NCBI GenBank assembly: GCA_963716725.1
Contig: CAVQUB010000002.1
Coordinates: forward strand, 349,276 to 413,275
Source: an uncultured delta proteobacterium
GTDB taxonomy: Bacteria; Myxococcota_A; Polyangia; Polyangiales; Polyangiaceae
Direction: 5' to 3'
Length of the DNA: 64,000 bases
A program made the position numbers and the translations under genes. Shown piece after piece: positions 57,911 through 64,000 of this stretch (the first letter of the stretch is position 1; each line of letters opens with the position of its first letter). A model generated the notes under the pieces. That model worked only from the letters and a program-made list of their open reading frames with translations, had not been told where the DNA came from and did no database searches.

Positions 57911-58849
57911 ATGCGCTTCCTCCTCGTCGTATTCGCCGCCACTTGCTCCCTTGCGTGCAGCTCGAGCGACGACGACTCGGGCAAGAGCGCTAGCGGGGGC
58001 GCCGGGGGCGCCGGCCCGTGGCGCGCCGAGGCGCCGCTGCCGGCAGCCGTCGCGCAGCTGTCGGGCACCGAGGCCGGCGGCAAGATTTGGGTCGCCGGCG
58101 GCGTCGCGGGCGGCGTCACTCAGAAAGTGTACAGCTACGATCCCTCGACCACCGCCTGGACGGCAGGCCCCGACTTGCCCGTCCCGCGACAGTTGGCCGC
58201 AATGGGCAGCGTTGGCGGGACTGTCTACGCGGTCGGCGGCTTCTCCGACGTGGATGCGTCGCCCACGGACTCGACCTACCTGCTCGAGCCCGGGGCGAGC
58301 GCCTGGACGAAGGTCGCGTCCCTGCTGCTCAATCGCGCCGGCGCGTTTGCAGCGGACATCGACGGTAAGCTGCACCTCGTGGCGGGCCAGGGGGATTCGC
58401 ACCTCTTGGCGGACACGGTCGCCTTCGACGCCGCCGCGAATAGCTGGGCCGTCAAGGCGCCCATCCCGAATCCGCGGCTTCGCTTCGCCGGCTTCGTGCT
58501 CTCGGGCTGGATCTTCGCGGTGGGCGGCACCACCGAGAGCGGCGGCGTCACCAACCAGGTCGACGTCTACGAGCCGAAGGGTAACGTTTGGACCAACGTG
58601 GAGGAGTTCCCGGCGCCCCGAGACGGACTCGGCGCGGCCGTCGTGGCTGGCAAGGCCTACGTCGTCGGCGGCGACTCGGCGGGGACCATGGACGTGTACG
58701 ACGGCAGCTCGTGGTCGAGCGGGCCCCCGCTCGCCACGCCCCGCATCGGTGCCGCGGTGGTAGCGGCACAGGGCCGCGTCTACGTCATCGGCGGCGCTCC
58801 CGCAGGCGGGGGAGAGCCGACCAACGTCGTGGAATCGTACGCGCCGTAG
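57911..58849 (+). CDS. Kelch-repeat lipoprotein
   Basis: Lipobox CSLACSS. Repeated ...GKIWVAGG..., ..TVYAVGGF.., ..KLHLVAGQ.., [21 protein letters not shown] blades with W/Y-containing spacers. Confidence 0.8.
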   Translation: MRFLLVVFAATCSLACSSSDDDSGKSASGGAGGAGPWRAEAPLPAAVAQLSGTEAGGKIWVAGGVAGGVTQKVYSYDPSTTAWTAGPDLPVPRQLAAMGSVGGTVYAVGGFSDVDASPTDSTYLLEPGASAWTKVASLLLNRAGAFAADIDGKLHLVAGQGDSHLLADTVAFDAAANSWAVKAPIPNPRLRFAGFVLSGWIFAVGGTTESGGVTNQVDVYEPKGNVWTNVEEFPAPRDGLGAAVVAGKAYVVGGDSAGTMDVYDGSSWSSGPPLATPRIGAAVVAAQGRVYVIGGAPAGGGEPTNVVESYAP

Positions 58850-58932
58850 GGGTCAGCCGCGCGCCGCGCAATCGACCCCGACCCCCCGACCCGACCCCCC
58901 TCAGCCCATCCCGAACTCCCGGGGAACCCGAA

Positions 58933-59529
58933 ATGAAGCTCATCGCACTCAATTGCAACCACTGCGGAGCGACGCTCGAGGTCCGCGATGAAACGAATTT
59001 CGTCACCTGCAAGCACTGCGACACGCAGCTCGCGATTCATCGCGAAGACGGCGCCGCATATACGGCCCTCGCCGAGGCCACGAAACGCGTCGAGCAGCAG
59101 ACCGAAGCGCTCGCCGACCAAGTCGAAGATCTCTCGGACCAGAACGCCAGACTCATCCTGCAAGGCGAGCTGACCCAGCTCGACCGCGAATGGGAGAACC
59201 GGCGACAAGGCCTGATGACCAAGGACAAGCGCGGGCAGCTCGTCGTCGCCACGCGCGGACAGGCCTTCACGCTCGCCGCTCTCGCGCCCCTGATCCTGCT
59301 TCCGCTCGCGGCGCCGCTGCTCGCGGGATCCAGCTTCGAGATGCCAGGATTCGCCTGGATCTTGGTCGCGTTCGTGGCCGCCGTCTTCTACGCAGCGATG
59401 AAGCTGCACGCCAAGGCCGTCCACTACGAGAAGGCCCTGGCGGCTCATGACGCCGATCGCGAAGCTATCCTGTCGAAGCTGGGCGCCCTGCACGACAGGC
59501 GGCCCAAGAGAAAGAAGAGGCGCCGCTGA
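58933..59529 (+). CDS. Zinc-ribbon membrane protein (hypothetical)
   Basis: MKLIALNCNHCGATLEV....VTCKHCDTQL (CxxC...CxxC), coiled coil, two TM segments, basic tail RRPKRKKRRR. Confidence 0.5.
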   Translation: MKLIALNCNHCGATLEVRDETNFVTCKHCDTQLAIHREDGAAYTALAEATKRVEQQTEALADQVEDLSDQNARLILQGELTQLDREWENRRQGLMTKDKRGQLVVATRGQAFTLAALAPLILLPLAAPLLAGSSFEMPGFAWILVAFVAAVFYAAMKLHAKAVHYEKALAAHDADREAILSKLGALHDRRPKRKKRRR

Positions 59530-59550
59530 TGTGGGGGCACGTCCCCCGCT

Positions 59551-60069
59551 TCAGCCCTCGACCACGCGCACGCGGTTCATCTTCACCGGCGTGAGCGGGC
59601 GGTCGCCAGCATCGGTCTTCGTGCTCTCGATCTTCTTGACCACGTCCATGCCCGACACGACCTTGCCGAAGACCGGGTGCTTCGACGCACCCGGCGAGAA
59701 CCAATCCAGATAGGAGTTGTGCACGGTGTTGACGAAGAACTGACAGCTGCCTGAGTTCGGCCGCCCGGTGTTGGCCATCGACAGCGTGCCCGGCTCGTTC
59801 GAAAGCTTCACGTTCGGGGGATGCTCGTCTTGGATGGTTCCGTTGGGGCTGTCACCGGTCCCCGCACGGGGGCTCGCCGGGTCTTTGCTGTGCGGACAGC
59901 CGAACTGCAGCATGAAGCCATTGATGACTCGGTGAAAATGCAGGCCGTCGTAGAAGCCGCTCTTGGCGAGCTTCACGAAATTGTTGGCAGAGATGGGCAT
60001 CTGGTCGGTGAAGAGCTCGACCGTGATATCGCCCAGGCTCGTCTCGAGAACTGCGGTGGGATTCGCCAT
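59551..60069 (-). CDS. ppiB: Cyclophilin-type peptidyl-prolyl cis-trans isomerase (cytoplasmic)
   Basis: [30 protein letters not shown]..., [32 protein letters not shown]. Confidence 0.9.
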   Translation of the reverse strand: MANPTAVLETSLGDITVELFTDQMPISANNFVKLAKSGFYDGLHFHRVINGFMLQFGCPHSKDPASPRAGTGDSPNGTIQDEHPPNVKLSNEPGTLSMANTGRPNSGSCQFFVNTVHNSYLDWFSPGASKHPVFGKVVSGMDVVKKIESTKTDAGDRPLTPVKMNRVRVVEG

Positions 60070-60267
60070 GGTGGCGGCACGTTAGGGCATGTCTCGACTC
60101 GATGGAAGCGAGCCCAATGCACCAGCCGCGGAGGCTGAGAATCCCGCGCCGGCGGCGAGCGCCCGCGGTCGAGTCGCCCATCGAGCCGGAATTGCGCGGG
60201 GCTTTGCCCCGAGGGGTCGCCGGATCGCGCTCCCTCGACTACGCTTGGTGTAGAGGAGGAAACCCCC

Positions 60268-60792
60268 ATGGAAGACTATCTCGACGACGAGCTCAGTATC
60301 ATGTTGGAGCGCGCCGACCAGGGCGCCGTGCTCGACGCGGAGGTCTTCGAGCAGCCGTTACGCGTGCTCTGCGGCAAGCCCGCCATGACCGTGAACACCG
60401 ACGCAACGGTGGAACGAGCGGTGGCGCTGATGCGCGAGAAGCGCTTCGGTGCGGTCTTGGTCACCGAGAACGGCAAGCTGGTAGGCATCGTCACCGAACG
60501 TGATCTGATGATGAAGGTCGGTCTCGACGGCGAGAGCTGGCGTCGCCTCCCGGTGACGGCGCTGATGACTCCAAACCCCGACGCGCTCCGCCTGGACGAC
60601 GCGGTGAAATTCGTGATGAACCACATGCAGGTCGGTGGCTACCGACACGTCCCCGTCGTCAACGAGCGCGGCGAGCCCCTGCACGTCATCTCGCTCCGAG
60701 ACGTCGCTCGATTCGTCTTCGACCAGTTCCCCAAGCTGGTCAGCAACATCCCTTCCCGGCCGTCCCGCGGCGCACCGCCCTGGGGCGGTTGA
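60268..60792 (+). CDS. CBS-domain pair protein
   Basis: Two CBS motifs (VERAVALMREKRFGAVLVTENGKLVGIVTERDL and VKFVMNHMQVGGYRHVPVVNERGEPLHVISLRDV). Confidence 0.75.
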   Translation: MEDYLDDELSIMLERADQGAVLDAEVFEQPLRVLCGKPAMTVNTDATVERAVALMREKRFGAVLVTENGKLVGIVTERDLMMKVGLDGESWRRLPVTALMTPNPDALRLDDAVKFVMNHMQVGGYRHVPVVNERGEPLHVISLRDVARFVFDQFPKLVSNIPSRPSRGAPPWGG

Positions 60793-60872
60793 AGGCTCGC
60801 GGCCTCCGCCTTGTTGGGCCATCGGCGCGATCGGGGTGTAGCCTGCGGCTGGCGCGCGGCCGGAGTCCGTCG

Positions 60873-61274
60873 ATGAAGCATGCTCTGATCACCCTTGCCT
60901 TGGCCTTCTGCCTCGTGGGCTGCCAGGACGAGGAGAAGTGCGAGCGGGCCCGCATGGCCACCGCGAACGAGTGGGAGAAGATCCGGCACGAGGCCGGTCG
61001 GTTCAAATTCCAGGGCGCGGCCGGCTACGAAGAAATGAACGCTTCCCAGAAGACGATGCACCTCGAGACCTTCACCTTGGTCGAGCAGCAAGCTCAGCTC
61101 GTGTTCGAGTCCTTCGCTTTCAAGCGGATCTCCTGGAGCACCGGCACCAAAGCGCGCGACCGCGCGGTCAAGGAGTTCAACGGTTACTTCGAGAAGGAAA
61201 AGTACGTCGGCTTCAAGGGCCTGCTCGACTCGGCGCAGAAGCGCTTCAGCGAGGCCGAAGCGGCCTGCCGGTGA
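60873..61274 (+). CDS. Hypothetical small lipoprotein
   Basis: ATG 60873 gives MKHALITLALAFCLVGCQD (lipobox). 133 aa, helical. Its stop overlaps the next start (GTGA). Confidence 0.5.
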   Translation: MKHALITLALAFCLVGCQDEEKCERARMATANEWEKIRHEAGRFKFQGAAGYEEMNASQKTMHLETFTLVEQQAQLVFESFAFKRISWSTGTKARDRAVKEFNGYFEKEKYVGFKGLLDSAQKRFSEAEAACR

Positions 61275-62218
61275 GCGCCCGGATCGCCGCCACCGCCGTC
61301 GGGCTGCTCAGCGTCTGCTCCGGGTGCGACGACGTCCGACCTGCGGGGCGCCCCGCGCCCATCTCTCTGGTGGACGTGCAACCCGCCCCGCCGCCGCTCC
61401 GGGAGTGCCGGTTCGAACCCGTGACTCGCCCTAGCGCGCGCGCCGAGTCCGGATCTGACATGTGCTTCACCGCCGGAGGAGCCGAGCCCTGGTGGACGCG
61501 CTATCGCGCGGACGCCGAGCCGCCGCCCGTGGTCGCCGGTGAAGACGGCAGCTCGCCCCCGCCGCCCCCGCCGCCATGCCCCTCCGAAATGGTGCTGGTC
61601 GACGGCATGTACTGCCCCGACGTGCGCCATCGCTGCCTCCGGTACCTGGACGACGGCGTCCCCGGCGCGTTCTTGAGCCATCACCGCTGCGCGGTCTTCG
61701 ACAAGGCTCCGCAGTGCCTGGCGGCGCGCGAGAATCGTCGCTTCTGCATCGACCGCGACGAGTACGTGCCTTCGGGCGGCGAGATGCCCCTCGTCGACCA
61801 GTCTTGGACGATGGCGAAAGACCTATGTGAGAGCTTCGGCAAACGGCTCTGCTTCGAGTCCGAGTGGCAGTTCGCGTGCCAGGGAGAGGAGCTGCGCCCC
61901 TACCCCTACGGCTTCGAGCGCAACGCCAAGCTCTGCAACCACGATCTCGGCAATCTCGAGTATCGCGGCAAGCTACGGGACAAACGCGTACGCCCCGGGG
62001 ACCGCCCCGAGTGCGTGAGCCCCTTTGGCGTCCGGAACTTGGTCGGCAACATCGACGAGTGGACGGTTCGCGACGGCATGCACAAACCGTGGCGCTCGTC
62101 CCTGCGGGGCGGCTGGTGGCTGGCCGGACGCAACAACTGCATCGCGGCCACCACTGGGCACGACGAGTACTACTTCGGCGCGCAGACTGGCGTTCGCTGC
62201 TGTTCGAACGCGCTCTGA
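61271..62218 (+). CDS. Formylglycine-generating-enzyme family (SUMF1/EgtB/PvdO-type) protein, lipoprotein
   Basis: Lipobox LLSVCSGC. FCIDRDEY, WTMAKDLCESFGKRLCFESEWQFACQG, YPYG, FGVRNLVGNIDEW, RGGWW is the typical FGE-sulfatase fold signature. Confidence 0.8.
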   Translation: MSARIAATAVGLLSVCSGCDDVRPAGRPAPISLVDVQPAPPPLRECRFEPVTRPSARAESGSDMCFTAGGAEPWWTRYRADAEPPPVVAGEDGSSPPPPPPPCPSEMVLVDGMYCPDVRHRCLRYLDDGVPGAFLSHHRCAVFDKAPQCLAARENRRFCIDRDEYVPSGGEMPLVDQSWTMAKDLCESFGKRLCFESEWQFACQGEELRPYPYGFERNAKLCNHDLGNLEYRGKLRDKRVRPGDRPECVSPFGVRNLVGNIDEWTVRDGMHKPWRSSLRGGWWLAGRNNCIAATTGHDEYYFGAQTGVRCCSNAL

Positions 62219-62306
62219 AGCGCCTGCCGGGGCGCACCTGCACTCGGGCGGTGCCGCCGGCCAGATTGACGGCAGACGGAAGATCTGGAAACAAGGAACG
62301 AATACC

Positions 62307-63500
62307 ATGCGAACGAAGCCCCTCGCCCTCTCCCTGCTCGCCCTGGTGCCGATGGCGTTCGCTGCCGGCTGCAGCGCGAGCGACGACCACGACGAGACCC
62401 CGGGGCCGAACGACATCAGCGCGTGGGAAGACGCCTACGAGCAGAACGAGATGGGCAAGGCGGACTCGAGCGGCTGCTCCGGCGTCGTGGTGCCGGACAA
62501 GGGCGGCTTCGCCAAGCGCGTGGCGCTGACTTTCGACGACGGCCCCAACCCCGAAACCACGCCCAAGGTGCTCGATGCGCTCAAGGCGCGGGGCATCAAG
62601 GCCACCTTCTTCATCAACGGCAAGCGCGTGACCAACGCGGCGGCGCAGGGCGTACTCGCGCGGATCCTGGGCGAAGGCCACATCTTGGCCAACCACACCC
62701 AGGGACACCTGAACCTGAAGACCGTCAGCACGACCAAGGTCAACGATGAGGTCAAGAAGACCCACGATGTGATCCTGGCCGCCGGGGCGACCCCACGCTA
62801 CTTCCGCTTTCCATTCGGCTCCGCGACCTGCGCCGCCATCGACATCGTCGAGGGCTATGGCTACGCGGTCTCCGGCTGGCACATCGACTCAGCGGATTGG
62901 TGTTACGCCGCCTCGAACTCCGGATACTGCTCACCTTCGACCTTCCGCTACGTGCCGGACGGTTTCCGCAACGACATGGTCGGCTACGTGATGAGCCAGG
63001 TGAAGAGCAAGAACGGCGGCATCCTGCTGTTCCACGACATCCACCAAAACACCGCGTCTCACGTCCCGGAGATCATCGAGAAGCTCGCCGCCGGCGGCTA
63101 CACCTTCGTGAATTTGGACGACACCGGCGCGTTCCCGCTGCTCAACGGCGCCACGCCCGTTCCGACGCCCTTCGTCGGCGACCCCTGCAAGAGCGACACG
63201 GAGTGCAACTTCAGCGACGGAGCCAAGAACGGCAGCTGCCACCTCTTCACCCCCAGTACCGGAGGCGAGGTCGGTTTCTGCACGATTGCCTGCGACGGCT
63301 ATTGCCCGGACAAGGGCGGCAAGGCGCCGACCTTCTGCACGAGCCTCGACGGAGGCACCAGCGGAAGCTGCGTCTCGAAATCCGACGCTCAGAACGGCAA
63401 CTGCAGCAAGCTCCTGGGCACCGCTGCCGCCTCCGCCAGCCGCTTCATCGGCTCCTCGAGCGCGTCCCCCTCGACAGCCCAGGCCTGCCTGCCACAATAG
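62307..63500 (+). CDS. Polysaccharide deacetylase (CE4/NodB) lipoprotein with C-terminal Cys-rich domain
   Basis: Lipobox AFAAGCS. VALTFDDGP, HILANHTQGH, FRFPFG, LFHDIH (NodB motifs). C-terminal about 110 aa has 10 Cys (DPCKSDTECNF..GSCHLF..FCTIACDGYCPD...). Confidence 0.85.
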   Translation: MRTKPLALSLLALVPMAFAAGCSASDDHDETPGPNDISAWEDAYEQNEMGKADSSGCSGVVVPDKGGFAKRVALTFDDGPNPETTPKVLDALKARGIKATFFINGKRVTNAAAQGVLARILGEGHILANHTQGHLNLKTVSTTKVNDEVKKTHDVILAAGATPRYFRFPFGSATCAAIDIVEGYGYAVSGWHIDSADWCYAASNSGYCSPSTFRYVPDGFRNDMVGYVMSQVKSKNGGILLFHDIHQNTASHVPEIIEKLAAGGYTFVNLDDTGAFPLLNGATPVPTPFVGDPCKSDTECNFSDGAKNGSCHLFTPSTGGEVGFCTIACDGYCPDKGGKAPTFCTSLDGGTSGSCVSKSDAQNGNCSKLLGTAAASASRFIGSSSASPSTAQACLPQ

Positions 63501-63506
63501 CGCCGC

Positions 63507-64000
63507 ATGCGCGCCGCCATCGCGAGCCTCCTGGTAATCGGGACGTTCTTCGCCTGCTCCTCCAGCGAGGAAGACGAGGGCGCGACCGGCGGGTGGGCGC
63601 CGGGAACGGTGTTCTCTACGCCACGTGAGCCGACCGCCCGGGGCTTTCTCGACCGGCGAGGCCTCATCCACGCGCACACCGTGCACAGCCACGACGCCTG
63701 CGACGGAGAGCCCAAGGACGACGCTGGCGTCGTCAATGCGCCCTGTCTCGACGACTTCCGCGCGGGCTTGTGCGCGACCCGTCACGATTTCGCGATGCTG
63801 ACCGATCACAACGACTCATTCGGCAGCACCGAGTATCCCGAGACTCTGCTCTTCGACGCCGGCCGTGGCGACGCCCTGATCGAGCGCGCGGGCTCGCCGG
63901 TGGCAAATTGGCTCTCGTGCCCCGACGGCAGCAAGCCACTGGTGACCGCCGGAACCGAGTCGGGTTTCATGTCGGTCGGGATCGAACGCCACGTCGCCGC
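63507..64000 (+). CDS. Lipoprotein with PHP-like His-rich motif, partial (runs off the right edge)
   Basis: Manual translation from ATG 63507 gives MRAAIASLLVIGTFFACSS..., GLIHAHTVHSHDACDG..., FAMLTDHNDSF. Open to the end of the window. Confidence 0.5.
   Translation, partial: MRAAIASLLVIGTFFACSSSEEDEGATGGWAPGTVFSTPREPTARGFLDRRGLIHAHTVHSHDACDGEPKDDAGVVNAPCLDDFRAGLCATRHDFAMLTDHNDSFGSTEYPETLLFDAGRGDALIERAGSPVANWLSCPDGSKPLVTAGTESGFMSVGIERHVA

Overview
The window is very GC-rich, with third codon positions almost all G/C, and is densely coding. It looks like core chromosome of a myxobacterium (Myxococcota, probably Polyangiales-like). The taxonomic call rests on two MYXO-CTERM-type sorting tails (GC...RRRR), sigma-54/EBP regulation, many lipoproteins, Kelch, FGE-family and TPR proteins, and a type II secretion gspD-gspC pair.

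I call about 58 protein genes and one tRNA-Leu(UAA).
- Housekeeping genes: dnaX, recR, efp, asnS, bioA, thiD, ppiB-type cyclophilin, amt, ridA, and the beta-oxidation-type pair hbd/crt.
- No rRNA, CRISPR array, IS element, integrase, phage gene or recognisable defence gene was seen.

The most unusual features:
1. An uninterrupted 11.4-kb gene (22051-33420, minus strand) encodes a 3,789-aa acidic all-TPR/alpha-solenoid protein. It may be related to the giant gliding-motility TPR protein AgmK/GltI.
2. A stand-alone HExxH-motif protein of the alphaKG-HExxH peptide-hydroxylase type lies divergent from a 2Fe-2S ferredoxin. It sits directly upstream of an SQR-like flavoprotein / TusE-like / DsrE-like sulfur-relay trio.
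3. A near-consensus sigma-54 promoter precedes gspC, next to a sigma-54 enhancer-binding response regulator.
4. A 19-bp perfect palindrome with AACACGC repeats lies upstream of amt.
5. Five single-base frame disruptions sit in otherwise clearly conserved genes: dnaX (two), the EBP, a 7TM histidine kinase and a tandem FKBP. They look more like assembly indels than real pseudogenes.

Overall this is a mostly ordinary core region. Functional calls come from motif recognition by eye; no searches were run.
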